Shown here one piece after another: positions 19,814 through 31,511 of a stretch of DNA of 64,000 nucleotides; the first letter of the stretch is position 1; each line of letters starts with the position of its first letter. The notes below the pieces were generated by a model, which did no database searches, was not told where the DNA came from, and saw nothing but the letters and a program-made list of their open reading frames with translations. The DNA comes from an uncultured bacterium (lineage in GTDB: Bacteria > Omnitrophota > Omnitrophia > Omnitrophales > Aquincolibacteriaceae). Position numbers and translations under genes: made by a program. The stretch lies in the NCBI GenBank assembly GCA_964562525.1, contig CAZLTL010000007.1, forward strand, positions 32,026 through 96,025. Direction: 5' to 3'.

Positions 19814-20934
19814 TAAGCCGAAATTTGTTTTAAATAACCTTCGTAGTTACGGCGAATTTCCGTCAACGAATCTCCGCCGAATTTTTCAAGGAAAGAACCG
19901 GCAATAACATAAGCCACCAAAGACTCTCCGATGACCGCGCCGGCGGGCACCGCGCAAATATCGGATCTCTCATATTCAGCGCGCTCGGCTTGTTTGGTTT
20001 GCATATTCACCGAAGCTAAAGGCTGGCCCAAAGTTGAAATCGGCTTCATGGTCGCGCGCACAACAATATCGGAACCGTTCGACATACCACCCTCAATACC
20101 GCCGCAGCGGTTGGTTTTGTGGTAATACCCTTTTTTCGGGTCATAAAAAATCTCATCATGCGCCTCGGAACCAAAGACTTCGCCAACCAAAGTTCCCGAA
20201 CCAATTTCCACAGCCTTAATCGACTGCATACTCATCATGATCATGGCAAGCTGTCCATCGAGCTTGCGCTCAAAATGTACAAAGGAACCCAAGCCGATCG
20301 GAACACCCGATACTCGCACTTCAAATTTGCCGCCGGCGGTATTTTTTTGACGGCGGGCTTCATCCACTTCCGCAATCATTTTCTTTTCTGTTTCGGGACA
20401 AATACAATTCACTTCGGAGTCTTTTGTTTTTTCGCGGATTTGCTGCACGGTCGGCTCAGCATCACTCGGCAAAGAGGCTTTGCCGATACGGATGACATGG
20501 CTCGCGACTTCGATGCCGAATTGCTTCAAAAACAACTTACAAACCGCTCCTACCGCCACGCGCATCACGGTTTCACGCGCGCTGGCTCGTTCCAAAATCG
20601 GGCGAATTCCTTGTGCGTATTTCAACGCGCCGTTTAAATCCGCGTGTCCGGGACGCGGGCGAAATAGTTCGGGCATGGACTCAATTTTAAAATCCGCGTT
20701 CGTCAGTAAAAATCCGAGCGGTGCGCCGGTGGACAGACCTTTGATGACGCCGCCCATTAAGTTCACCGTATCGGTTTCAATTTTCTGGCGGCCGCCGCGT
20801 CCGTATCCGCCCTGCCGACGGCGCAATTCGGAGTTAATGAACTCCATATCCATTTTAAGCCCGCTCGGAAATCCTTCCAAGATCGCGGCCATATGCTGTC
20901 CATGGGATTCACCTGTTGTCACATATTTCAACAT
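19813..20934 (-). CDS. aroC: Chorismate synthase
   Basis: N-terminal TTGESHG motif; 373 aa. Confidence 0.9.
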   Translation of the reverse strand: MLKYVTTGESHGQHMAAILEGFPSGLKMDMEFINSELRRRQGGYGRGGRQKIETDTVNLMGGVIKGLSTGAPLGFLLTNADFKIESMPELFRPRPGHADLNGALKYAQGIRPILERASARETVMRVAVGAVCKLFLKQFGIEVASHVIRIGKASLPSDAEPTVQQIREKTKDSEVNCICPETEKKMIAEVDEARRQKNTAGGKFEVRVSGVPIGLGSFVHFERKLDGQLAMIMMSMQSIKAVEIGSGTLVGEVFGSEAHDEIFYDPKKGYYHKTNRCGGIEGGMSNGSDIVVRATMKPISTLGQPLASVNMQTKQAERAEYERSDICAVPAGAVIGESLVAYVIAGSFLEKFGGDSLTEIRRNYEGYLKQISA

Positions 20935-21722
20935 TACGATACTCCGTAAATTTTATTTAAAAAACGCATTAAAACATCACCGTACAGAAAAAAAGCAGCA
21001 CCCCAAAAAGCGAGAAAGGGTCCAAATGGAATTTGCTCCTCTTTTTTAACTGCCTTATACCAAAGCGCAAAAGGCAAAGCAATAAAAGGTGCGAGCATAA
21101 AGACGTAAAAAACGCCAGGCAGTCCGATAAACGCGCCCAGCATGCCCATTAGTTTTAAGTCGCCGCCGCCCATGCTTTCTTTTTTGAAAAGCCAATTTCC
21201 GAGCAGCGCCGTTAAAAACAGAAACCCATACCCGCTCACCAGCCCTAAAGCTGAATGCGCAAGCCTATGATACCACAAGGTTTGTTCAAAAATCCCGCCC
21301 GGCAAAAGACTGAAAACCAACCCAAGAACCATGCCCGGCAAAGTGATCAAGTCAGGCACAAATTTCATTTCGAAATCAGTCATGGTGACAACCAAAAGCA
21401 TGCTCATAAAGACAGCTCTGATTCCGAACTGAATCCAGTTCCCCCCGCTCAAATTCCATAGCCAGACGAACATGCAGGCGGTAATCAACTCCACCCAAAA
21501 ATAGCGCGGCGAAATTTTCACCTTACAGAAAGCGCATTTTGCACGCAGCTGGAGATAAGAAATGAGCGGGATATTTAAATACCATGGAATTTGTTTTTGA
21601 CAGGCCGGACAAAAAGAGCGCACCGGCTTCGCCACGGACATATCGCGCGGCATGCGATAAATGCAAACATTTAAAAAACTGCCGATCATCGCGCCGTATA
21701 AAAAAACCAAAGCGCCGATCAT
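20934..21722 (-). CDS. pilD: Prepilin peptidase (A24 family)
   Basis: N-terminal CPAC...CAFC zinc motif; polytopic; overlaps both neighbouring aro genes. Confidence 0.8.
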   Translation of the reverse strand: MIGALVFLYGAMIGSFLNVCIYRMPRDMSVAKPVRSFCPACQKQIPWYLNIPLISYLQLRAKCAFCKVKISPRYFWVELITACMFVWLWNLSGGNWIQFGIRAVFMSMLLVVTMTDFEMKFVPDLITLPGMVLGLVFSLLPGGIFEQTLWYHRLAHSALGLVSGYGFLFLTALLGNWLFKKESMGGGDLKLMGMLGAFIGLPGVFYVFMLAPFIALPFALWYKAVKKEEQIPFGPFLAFWGAAFFLYGDVLMRFLNKIYGVS

Positions 21723-22585
21723 TTCAGGGGATCTTTCAACGCTCGCTCTAAGGCGGCACGCATCGTTTCAACCGGCGCTTTCTTGCCGGTCCAAATCTCA
21801 AAGGCACGCGCACCCTGATAAAGCAGCATCGGCAAACCATTCAAAGTAAAATGGCCTTTTTTGCGGGCAACTTGAAGAAACTTTGTTTCGGAAGGATTAT
21901 AAATCAAATCCACAAAATACTTTTTGCCTTCTTTTGCGGAAGGAATCAGCGCCGTGCTCAAAATAGCCGTATCTGTTTGTTTCAATCCGACTGAGGTCGT
22001 ATTCACAATCAATTCAAAAGGTTTTAAATCATTTTTCGAGCTAACCGAAGTCGAAAAAAAAGCTGTTTTAGGAAATAGCTTCCCGAAATACTGAATCAAC
22101 TCCTGCGTCCGCGTTTCGGTTCGATTCCAGACCGCGATTGACTTCACCCCGCGGGAAGCTAAAGCATAAAGCACCGCTCTTGCCGCACCCCCGGCGCCAA
22201 TCACCAGCACAGACTTTCCTTTAGGTTTCCAATTCCATTCTTTTTTTAAAGACAGCCAAAAGCCTTCGGCATCCGTATTGGTTCCATACCATTTTTTTCC
22301 AAAGCGATAAACTGTGTTCACAGCGCCAATCGCACGCGCGGAGTCCGTCAGCCAATCAAGATAAGGAATGACGATTTGTTTGTAAGGTACGGTAAGGTTG
22401 AATCCTTTGAGCGGAACCTTCGAGAGCAAACGCATGGTTTTCTTGAAAACAGGTTCGCTGAAATCAAAGACCAAATAATGCGCCAAAAGACCGACCTTCT
22501 GCATACCTGCTTCTTGAAAAACAGGCGAAAGCGTATGACTTAGCGGATGCCCAAAGATACCGTAAAGTTCGAGTTTCTTATCCAT
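21719..22585 (-). CDS. aroE: Shikimate dehydrogenase
   Basis: GHPLSHTLSP, NLTVPYK, GAVNTV, GTNTD motifs. Confidence 0.85.
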   Translation of the reverse strand: MDKKLELYGIFGHPLSHTLSPVFQEAGMQKVGLLAHYLVFDFSEPVFKKTMRLLSKVPLKGFNLTVPYKQIVIPYLDWLTDSARAIGAVNTVYRFGKKWYGTNTDAEGFWLSLKKEWNWKPKGKSVLVIGAGGAARAVLYALASRGVKSIAVWNRTETRTQELIQYFGKLFPKTAFFSTSVSSKNDLKPFELIVNTTSVGLKQTDTAILSTALIPSAKEGKKYFVDLIYNPSETKFLQVARKKGHFTLNGLPMLLYQGARAFEIWTGKKAPVETMRAALERALKDPLK

Positions 22586-22662
22586 TTTTCCAATCTGATT
22601 TAACAGAATGCGATTCCCGGTCGAGCGGGCAGCTTATTAAGCTGCCCGCCGGAGGAATAAAA

Positions 22663-24210
22663 TTATAGGTGTTGCGCGCTTTGCTTCGGCAATCCATGCG
22701 CGGCAACTTTATTGATCGCGAATAAATACGCGCGAACGCTCGCCTCAAGAATATCCGTGCTCGTGCCGCGGCCCGAAACTTCTTTACCGCTGATCAAAAG
22801 CTTCACGGTTACTTCACCTTGCGCGTCCATACCGCCGGTTACGGCTTGAATGCCGTAATGCGCAACCTTAGCGCCGGAGCCGATGATTTTCTCAATCGCT
22901 TTGTAGCAAGCGTCCACCGGACCGTCCCCGACCACTTCAGCTTCATGTGTTTTTCCATCACGGCTTAATTCAATGCGAGCTTCGGACTTCTTACCTGATT
23001 CAGCAACAACACGCATGTCTTTGAGCAGCCAAGTATCGGAAGTCGGCCCCGCCTGATCCTGCAATAAGACTTCCAAATCTTCGTCAAAAACATACTTCTT
23101 CTTATCCGCCAGCTGCTTGAATTTGGCAAAAGCCTTATCCAAATCCGCGGGCTTTAAATTAAAGCCGATTTTCTTGATGCGCGCGGCAAAAGCATTACGG
23201 CCGGATAACTTACCCAGCATGATGTTATTGCTCGCCAACCCGATCTTTTTTGGATCCATGATTTCATAAGTTTGGCGTTTTTTAAGGACTCCGTCCTGAT
23301 GAATACCTGATGCGTGCCAAAAGGCATTGCGGCCAACAATGGCTTTGTTCGGCTGAACTACCATACCGGTTAAATGCGAAACCAAGCGGGATGACTTCAT
23401 GATCTCTTTCGTATTCACACCGGTCGTGCAGTTAAAGAAGTCCTTCCTCGTATCCATCGCCATCACAATTTCTTCAAGTGACGCATTCCCCGCGCGCTCT
23501 CCGATACCATTCACGGTGCATTCCACCTGATTGGCGCCCGCTTGCACCGCGGCCAAAGAATTCGCCACGGCCAAACCCAAGTCATTATGGCAATGCACGG
23601 ACAATACAACCTGCTTACCCAATTCCGGCATTTTCTTAACCAACCCGCTGATCACTTCATTGAATTCATGCGGTACGGTGTAACCGACGGTATCCGGCAC
23701 ATTGATCGAAGTCGCACCCGCGTCAATCGCAGCTCGCACCACTTGGTGCAAAAAGTCTCGCTCCGTACGCGAAGCGTCTTCCGGTGAAAATTCGATTTGT
23801 TTAAAATCTTTTTTCGCCGACTTGATTTGATCCGCGATCATCTTCAGAACTTCTTTTTTATCTTTCTTCAACTTGAACTCGCGATGAATTTGCGAAGTCG
23901 CCAGAAAAACATGCAGACGCTTTTTCTTCGCGTTTTCCAAAGCCTTGCGCGCGGCGTCAATGTCGCGAGGAATCATGCGAGCCAACCCGCATATAATCGG
24001 CTTGGTCAACGCGCGCGCGATCACATCCACCGCTTTCATTTCACCGGGCGATGAAGCCGGAAAACCCGCTTCGATCACATCCACGCCCAACCGCTCAAGC
24101 TGTTTAGCGATCTTTAATTTTTCATCCGGTGTCAACGATGCACCCGGCGATTGTTCGCCATCGCGCAAAGTCGTATCAAAAATGTAAATTCTTCGTTTTG
24201 TGTTTTTCAT
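22663..24210 (-). CDS. leuA: 2-isopropylmalate synthase
   Basis: FDTTLRDGEQSPG; 515 aa with C-terminal regulatory domain. Confidence 0.85.
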   Translation of the reverse strand: MKNTKRRIYIFDTTLRDGEQSPGASLTPDEKLKIAKQLERLGVDVIEAGFPASSPGEMKAVDVIARALTKPIICGLARMIPRDIDAARKALENAKKKRLHVFLATSQIHREFKLKKDKKEVLKMIADQIKSAKKDFKQIEFSPEDASRTERDFLHQVVRAAIDAGATSINVPDTVGYTVPHEFNEVISGLVKKMPELGKQVVLSVHCHNDLGLAVANSLAAVQAGANQVECTVNGIGERAGNASLEEIVMAMDTRKDFFNCTTGVNTKEIMKSSRLVSHLTGMVVQPNKAIVGRNAFWHASGIHQDGVLKKRQTYEIMDPKKIGLASNNIMLGKLSGRNAFAARIKKIGFNLKPADLDKAFAKFKQLADKKKYVFDEDLEVLLQDQAGPTSDTWLLKDMRVVAESGKKSEARIELSRDGKTHEAEVVGDGPVDACYKAIEKIIGSGAKVAHYGIQAVTGGMDAQGEVTVKLLISGKEVSGRGTSTDILEASVRAYLFAINKVAAHGLPKQSAQHL

Positions 24211-24274
24211 AATTTTTCCTGCGCAATCCGAGTTTTATCGAGGATTGCTATTAAAATCGGTTTCGTTAAAAACG

Positions 24275-24312
24275 AAAAAACCGCCTTCTCTTTCGAAGAA
24301 GGCGGTTTTTTT
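24275..24312. terminator. Bidirectional rho-independent terminator a6-ccgccttct-ctttcga-agaaggcgg-t7 between ilvC and leuA; possible leuA attenuator
   Basis: Perfect 9 bp stem flanked by an A-run and a T-run. Confidence 0.7.
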
Positions 24313-24325
24313 ATAAAACTGGAAC

Positions 24326-25390
24326 CTATCGAGCTGCAAGCGCTGGTTTGCGCTTTTTCGCCCCCGCCTTCTTCTTTGTATTCTGTGCTAGGGAGCTCGA
24401 GTTCTTAATCCACTGCATCATGCCGCGAAGTCGTGCGCCGACCTTTTCAATGTCATGATTATCGGCTTCTTTGCGGTAAGCGTTATACTTTTTGCGACCA
24501 GTGCGGTTTTCTTCCATCCACTCACGCGCAAAGGCACCGGTTTGAATTTCTTTCAAAATCTTTTTCATTTCCTTTTTAGCCGAAGCGGGCACAACACGTT
24601 TTCCGCGTGAATAGTCGCCGTATTCAGCCGTGTCGGAAACGCGGCGGTGCATACCGCTGATACCCTCAATGAAAATCGCGTCCGTGATCAATTTCACTTC
24701 ATGCAGACATTCAAAGTAAGCCATTTCGGGCTGATAACCGGCTTCCACCAAAACTTCATAACCGTTGCGGATTAATTCCGACAAACCGCCGCATAAAACA
24801 GCCTGTTCACCGAAAAGATCGGTTTCGGTTTCCTCTTTAAAATTAGTCTGGATCACGCCCGCACGTGTTCCGCCGATCGCTTTCGCGTAAGCCAAGGCAT
24901 ATTTTAAAGCTTTGCCGCTGGCATTCTGATAAATCGCAACCAGCGCCGGTACTCCGCCGCCCGCGAGATACTGAGTGCGGACCAAAGCGCCCGGACCCTT
25001 CGGAGCAACCATGAACACATCGACATTCTTCGGCGGCTTGATATAGCCGAAGTGAATGTTAAAACCATGCGAGAAAAGCAAAGCTTTGCCGGGTTTCAAA
25101 TACGGCTCAATGCTTTCTTTATAGATCTGAGCCTGCAAATGATCCTGGGTCAAAATCTGGATGATGTCAGCCTTCTGCGCTGCTTCTTCCGCGGAAACGG
25201 GCTTGAAACCATCTTGAATAGCCAAATCATAATTTTTTCCGCCCGGACGCTGCGCCACAATGACTTTGACACCAGAGTCGCGCAAGTTCAAACCTTGTCC
25301 ACGGCCTTGAATACCGTAACCCACGATAGCAACGGTTTTACCTTTTAAAAATCCCAAATCAGCGTCTTTGTCGTAATAAATCTTTGCCAT
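24326..25390 (-). CDS. ilvC: Ketol-acid reductoisomerase (class I) with a basic C-terminal tail
   Basis: [17 protein letters not shown] Rossmann motif; ends [16 protein letters not shown]. Confidence 0.9.
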   Translation of the reverse strand: MAKIYYDKDADLGFLKGKTVAIVGYGIQGRGQGLNLRDSGVKVIVAQRPGGKNYDLAIQDGFKPVSAEEAAQKADIIQILTQDHLQAQIYKESIEPYLKPGKALLFSHGFNIHFGYIKPPKNVDVFMVAPKGPGALVRTQYLAGGGVPALVAIYQNASGKALKYALAYAKAIGGTRAGVIQTNFKEETETDLFGEQAVLCGGLSELIRNGYEVLVEAGYQPEMAYFECLHEVKLITDAIFIEGISGMHRRVSDTAEYGDYSRGKRVVPASAKKEMKKILKEIQTGAFAREWMEENRTGRKKYNAYRKEADNHDIEKVGARLRGMMQWIKNSSSLAQNTKKKAGAKKRKPALAAR

Positions 25391-25521
25391 GGTCTTATTC
25401 TTCTCTCTCTATTTTAAATTTTCAGTTTCAAAAAAATTATTGCCTTTACCGCCGAATCAAACTTGTTTTGATTCGGCAAAATAAAAACGGCACATCCAGA
25501 ATGGATGTAATGGCAGCGCCA

Positions 25522-26142
25522 TTACATCCAAGTGTCGGTGCCCGCCTGCATCTTCGCTTTTTTGTCGCCGCCTTTGACAGCAGCCTTCGCAGAAGATTTT
25601 GCCGATTTCTTCACTTTCACAACTTCCACTTCTTTTGCTTCCGGAGCATCCAAAGGTGCTTTGCGCGAAATCGCGATTTTACCGGTGCGAACCACTTCAA
25701 TCACGCCGAAAGAGCGGAGAAGTTCAAGCATCGCGTCAATTTTGGCTTCCGTCCCGGTTGCTTCCAAAGTCATGGAATCTTCCTGAACATCCACGATTTT
25801 GCCGCGGAAGTTATTAACCACGCCCATCAAATCATTGCGGTTCGAAAGATCCGACTTTACCTTGATCAAAACAAGCTCGCGGTCAATCGAATCTTGCGGA
25901 GCCAAAATTTCAATCGAGATCACGTCGATCAACTTGTCGAGCTGACGTACGATTTGCTGCACGACACGTTCATCACCGCGCGCCACCACCGTCATGCGCG
26001 ACACATCGGCATGCTGAGTTTCGCCCACGGTTAAACTGTCGATGTTAAATCCACGCGCGGAGAAAAGACCCGCTACACGGCAAAGAACGCCGAACTGATT
26101 TTCAACTAAAACTGCGATTGTATGTTTTTGCATAATTTCCAC
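25522..26142 (-). CDS. ilvN: Acetolactate synthase small (regulatory) subunit with a Lys-rich C-terminal extension
   Basis: ACT domain HTIAVLVENQFGVL; tail KKSAKSSAKAAVKGGDKKAK. Confidence 0.85.
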   Translation of the reverse strand: MEIMQKHTIAVLVENQFGVLCRVAGLFSARGFNIDSLTVGETQHADVSRMTVVARGDERVVQQIVRQLDKLIDVISIEILAPQDSIDRELVLIKVKSDLSNRNDLMGVVNNFRGKIVDVQEDSMTLEATGTEAKIDAMLELLRSFGVIEVVRTGKIAISRKAPLDAPEAKEVEVVKVKKSAKSSAKAAVKGGDKKAKMQAGTDTWM

Positions 26143-26148
26143 CCGGCC

Positions 26149-27834
26149 TTAGGCCATATCCATAACTTGATCAAGCGCGTGTCCCGCAGGAACCATCGGA
26201 TAAACATTGTCTGCTTTTTCAACAAGACAATGAACCACAACCGGTCCTTTGTGCTTAAGCGCTTCTTTAATTGCCGGAATCACTTCTTCGTTTGTTTTGC
26301 ATTGGATTGCTCGCACACCGCAAGCTTCAATCAACTTCGGAAAATCCGGGTTGGATGGCTCAAGATGCGACGCTGAATAACGCTCTTTATAAAAGAGTTC
26401 CTGCCACTGACGCACCATGCCGTGCCAGCCGTTATCAAGCAAAAACAACTTAACCGGAATATTGTAATGAGATGCGGTCACAAGCTCACACATCGTCATT
26501 TGGAATGAACCATCGCCGTCAAAGCACACCACGGTTTTATCCGGACGACCGCATTGCGCGCCGATCGCGGCAGGCAACCCGTAACCCATCGTACCGAGTC
26601 CGCCTGAAGTTAACATGCTGCGGGGTTCCGCAAATCCGTACCACTGCGCAGCCCACATCTGATGCTGTCCCACACCGGTTGCGACAAGGGCTTTGTGATT
26701 AGTAAGATTTCCGACTTGCTCGATCACATACTCCTGACGAATACCGCCTTCTTTTTTATATTTAAGCGGATGCTTTTTCTTCCATTCTTCAATCTGCGCA
26801 ATCCATTCTTTTGTATCAGGACGGCGGTTTTTAACAAGCTTGTTGAGCTTAACCAAAGCTTGCTTAACGTCGCCTTCAATCGCCACATCTACTTTGATTG
26901 TCTTCGAAATAGAAGAAGGATCAATATCAATATGGATAATTTTCGCATGCGGCGCGAAACGAGGAATGTGTCCCGTAACGCGATCGTCAAACCGCGCGCC
27001 AACGGCAATCAACACATCCGACTTTTGAACGGAATAGTTTGCGTAAACTGTTCCGTGCATACCGAGCATACGCAAAGAAAGAGGATGGGTTTCCGGAAAG
27101 ATACCCAAACCCAAAACTGTCGTCGTAATTGGAATACCTGTTTTCTCAACAAGTTCCATCACTTCTTTTTCAGCATTTGAAATAACCGCGCCGCCGCCTA
27201 CATATAAACACGGGCGCTTTGCGCTATTGATTAAATCAGCGGCTTTCTGCAATTGCTCCAAATTAACGGGGTTCGCCGCTTTTTCAGGATTATATCCACG
27301 CAACTTCACTGAAGTTGCCGGCTCATATTCCGCCTTAGCGCGGCTGACATCCACCGGAAAATCGATCAGAACCGGACCAGGACGGCCTGTGCGAGCAATG
27401 TAAAATGCTTCTTTCACAATGCGCGCAATATCATTCACATTCTTAATCAAGTAGTTATGCTTCGTAACCGGACGCGACACACCAACAACGTCGGCCTCTT
27501 GAAAAGCATCGCTTCCGATCGCAGTTGTTGCAACCTGGCCGGTAATGCAAACCATCGGTGCGGAATCCATATAAGCCGTCGCTAATCCGGTGATGGTGTT
27601 GGTTGCTGCAGGGCCTGAAGTCACGATACAAACGCCGGGTTTACCTGTCGCGCGGCCGTAAGCATCCGCCATATGCGAAGCGCCCTGTTCGTGACGCACG
27701 AGATGAAACTTGATCTTCGAATCATAAATTGCGTCGAATGTCGGCAGAATCGCTCCGCCGGGCAAACCGAACACACAATCAACGCCCTCAGCTTCGAGCG
27801 ATTTAACTAAAATTTGCGCACCTGTTAATTCCAT
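26149..27834 (-). CDS. ilvB: Acetolactate synthase large subunit
   Basis: ThDP enzyme; GDGSFQM motif; 561 aa. Confidence 0.9.
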   Translation of the reverse strand: MELTGAQILVKSLEAEGVDCVFGLPGGAILPTFDAIYDSKIKFHLVRHEQGASHMADAYGRATGKPGVCIVTSGPAATNTITGLATAYMDSAPMVCITGQVATTAIGSDAFQEADVVGVSRPVTKHNYLIKNVNDIARIVKEAFYIARTGRPGPVLIDFPVDVSRAKAEYEPATSVKLRGYNPEKAANPVNLEQLQKAADLINSAKRPCLYVGGGAVISNAEKEVMELVEKTGIPITTTVLGLGIFPETHPLSLRMLGMHGTVYANYSVQKSDVLIAVGARFDDRVTGHIPRFAPHAKIIHIDIDPSSISKTIKVDVAIEGDVKQALVKLNKLVKNRRPDTKEWIAQIEEWKKKHPLKYKKEGGIRQEYVIEQVGNLTNHKALVATGVGQHQMWAAQWYGFAEPRSMLTSGGLGTMGYGLPAAIGAQCGRPDKTVVCFDGDGSFQMTMCELVTASHYNIPVKLFLLDNGWHGMVRQWQELFYKERYSASHLEPSNPDFPKLIEACGVRAIQCKTNEEVIPAIKEALKHKGPVVVHCLVEKADNVYPMVPAGHALDQVMDMA

Positions 27835-27915
27835 AAAATTTCCTTACTTATTTTTATTTAAAACAACTTTGTATCTGTTTCCCGCCGGTTGCGCTTCGCG
27901 CAGAGGCAAAAGGAA

Positions 27916-28779
27916 TCAGACTTCGAAAAACTCTTTAACGCCCTTTTTGAAGCGTTGCTTGAATGTTTTACTTTGTTCTTCCCGCACAAGCTTCCAAGCT
28001 TGGCTTTTTTGATCCAGCCATTCCAGCAAACTCACTTTGAAATCCGGAGAATCAAAACCTTGCTCAGCCGGAACATCCATCACATGCACGGGATAACCCT
28101 TTTGCTGATACTCCAAAACCCATTTTTCATTTTTTATTTTATTGTCTTGTTGATTGGCGGTGAAGGCCGCCACCACAGGCATTTGGTCGCCAGCCGACGC
28201 GCGAGGCTTGAAAAGCTGCACATAACGGCCTTCCCAAGCTTCTCCCAACAAAGCAGCACCCGAAAAATCTTTCGGATAAGCCGAAATCAAATACGCCGCG
28301 TAGTGCCCGCCCAAATTCAAGCCGATGGCATAAACTTTCGACGAATCAATCGGAAAACGCATCATGGCATCGTTTTTAACGCCTAACAACCACCGGTCAA
28401 AGATAAACGGCTCGCCTTCTTTGGGCCAAGCGTTCACGGCTAAGACAAAACATTCCAAACTTTTCGCAACGGGCAAAATGTATTCAAGCTGCTTCTCAGC
28501 AGGATGAGTCTCGCTCGGAACCATCACTAAAAAAGGATATTTTTTATCCGCTTCCAAACCTTCCGGTACATAAAGAAAAACCGGTACCTTATATCCGCTT
28601 AACTCCAGCAACCCTGTAGGAAGTTTACGCTTCGGTTTAGCAACGGGTACCGGCGCATCCGCGGAACTCAACGCAGGCGCCGTTTGAGCGAAGCTCTGCC
28701 CCGGAGTTACCGCGTATCCCCAAATTAAAAAAGCCACAAAAAAAGCCAACGCTTTTTTCGGGCTCATTCTGATCTTCAC
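27916..28779 (-). CDS. Secreted alpha/beta-hydrolase-fold esterase (predicted)
   Basis: Signal peptide; GLNLGGHYAAY nucleophile-elbow-like region. Confidence 0.5.
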   Translation of the reverse strand: MKIRMSPKKALAFFVAFLIWGYAVTPGQSFAQTAPALSSADAPVPVAKPKRKLPTGLLELSGYKVPVFLYVPEGLEADKKYPFLVMVPSETHPAEKQLEYILPVAKSLECFVLAVNAWPKEGEPFIFDRWLLGVKNDAMMRFPIDSSKVYAIGLNLGGHYAAYLISAYPKDFSGAALLGEAWEGRYVQLFKPRASAGDQMPVVAAFTANQQDNKIKNEKWVLEYQQKGYPVHVMDVPAEQGFDSPDFKVSLLEWLDQKSQAWKLVREEQSKTFKQRFKKGVKEFFEV

Positions 28780-28888
28780 GCTTATTTCCCGCCTGAAAGT
28801 CTTAAAATGATGAAAGTATTCGATCGTAAAAAGCTGTGTATTATAGCTTGGAGCTTGGGGATGTCAACGAAACGGTCAAATGAGGGTT

Positions 28889-29233
28889 TTAGTCGCGTTC
28901 AGGGGTCAAATCGGCGGTTTTAACCACGGGCGGAGCCGCCGTAACCTGCTTGCGGGGCTTGTTTTCAAACTCATAAACCACCTCGCCCGGCTCAACCAAC
29001 CCCATTTCTTTGCGGATCACATTCTCAAGGTAGTTTTTATCATTTTTGATCAGCTGCTTTTCATGCTGAAGGTCTTCAATCTGTTTTTGCAAATCCGCAA
29101 GCTGGGACTGAAGGCGGTCGGCTTCCGATTTAAGCTCGCGGTAACGGGAATAAGACGGGAAATAAAAGAAAAATGCCGCAGTTAAGGCCAAAACAACGAC
29201 AAGCGTATATTTTGGAAACTTAAACCGCGGCAT
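28889..29233 (-). CDS. ftsB: Septum formation initiator FtsB/DivIC
   Basis: N-terminal TM, coiled coil, LVEPGEVVYEF. Confidence 0.75.
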   Translation of the reverse strand: MPRFKFPKYTLVVVLALTAAFFFYFPSYSRYRELKSEADRLQSQLADLQKQIEDLQHEKQLIKNDKNYLENVIRKEMGLVEPGEVVYEFENKPRKQVTAAPPVVKTADLTPERD

Positions 29234-29374
29234 TATTAATCCTTCTTATTTAACAGATTGCCCAAAAAGGCTCAGATGCACGACGCCAGCAAGCGACTGC
29301 GGAGGCGTAGTGAAACCTACGCCGCACAAGGAAGCGCGCTGGCAACACAGCAGATGACCTTTTTCGGTGATCTG

Positions 29375-30685
<1,311 letters not shown>

Positions 30686-30856
30686 TCAAAATACCTAATT
30701 ACAGTCCGTTTACGAGACCGGGGATTATAACGACACACAGGTTTCAGGACAAGCGTGATATGCGGCTGCGGTTGGGCAGAGCGGAACGAAACGGCCCAGA
30801 GCCTAAGCATAAATAAAAAAAGCCACGCCCGCAGGCATGGCTTTTTTTATTTATGC

Positions 30857-31465
30857 TTAATATTTAACCGAACAGCCGTAAGCTTTTGAGGTCGGCGTGG
30901 ACACCAACTCACCATTCATTGCTTCTGTCAAAGCGGAATCAACATAGTTTTCAGCCAAAGCAATATCTTCGGAGTTCGTGCTTTTAATACTGTCAATTGC
31001 GCCCTGGTAAATCAAATTGCCGTCGGGATTGACAATATACATATGCGGTGTCGTCTGCGCACCGTAAAGCTTGCCTACTTGTCCGTCAGCATCCAGCAAA
31101 GTTGCTGATGCGGCTGATTTTTTTTCGGCCTGCAGATTTTTCCACTCTTCAGGAGAATAATGGCCTTGCTTACCCTGAGCTGAAGAATTGATTGAAAGCC
31201 AGATCACACCTTTTTCAGCATACTTGGCTTGCAGCGCTTGCATGTGCCCTTGGTCATAATGCTTTTTCACGAACGGGCAATCATGATTCACCCATTCCAA
31301 AACAACAAACTTCCCTTTAAATTCAGAAAGCGAACGGGCATTACCGTCCACGTCGGACAAAGAAAAGTCCGGCGCGGGCTTGCCGTTTTCGACGGCAGCA
31401 AAAGCAGGTGCGGAAAAAATCAAAGTTAAAAAAAGAAACGGTAAAAGTGCGGAATTCAGTTTCAT
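30857..31465 (-). CDS. Secreted thioredoxin-fold (redoxin-like) protein
   Basis: Signal peptide; WVNHDCPFVKKHY; adjacent to dsbD. Confidence 0.55.
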   Translation of the reverse strand: MKLNSALLPFLFLTLIFSAPAFAAVENGKPAPDFSLSDVDGNARSLSEFKGKFVVLEWVNHDCPFVKKHYDQGHMQALQAKYAEKGVIWLSINSSAQGKQGHYSPEEWKNLQAEKKSAASATLLDADGQVGKLYGAQTTPHMYIVNPDGNLIYQGAIDSIKSTNSEDIALAENYVDSALTEAMNGELVSTPTSKAYGCSVKY

Positions 31466-31511
31466 ATCGATCTCCTTCGTTAGTGATGAGACGGCAGAGC
31501 ATCTATCTTAT

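Noticed and set aside
25384-26034. 216 aa + strand ORF
   Set aside because: It is antisense to ilvN and the ilvN-ilvC spacer, and is Cys/His/Arg/Phe-rich low-complexity sequence typical of a shadow frame.
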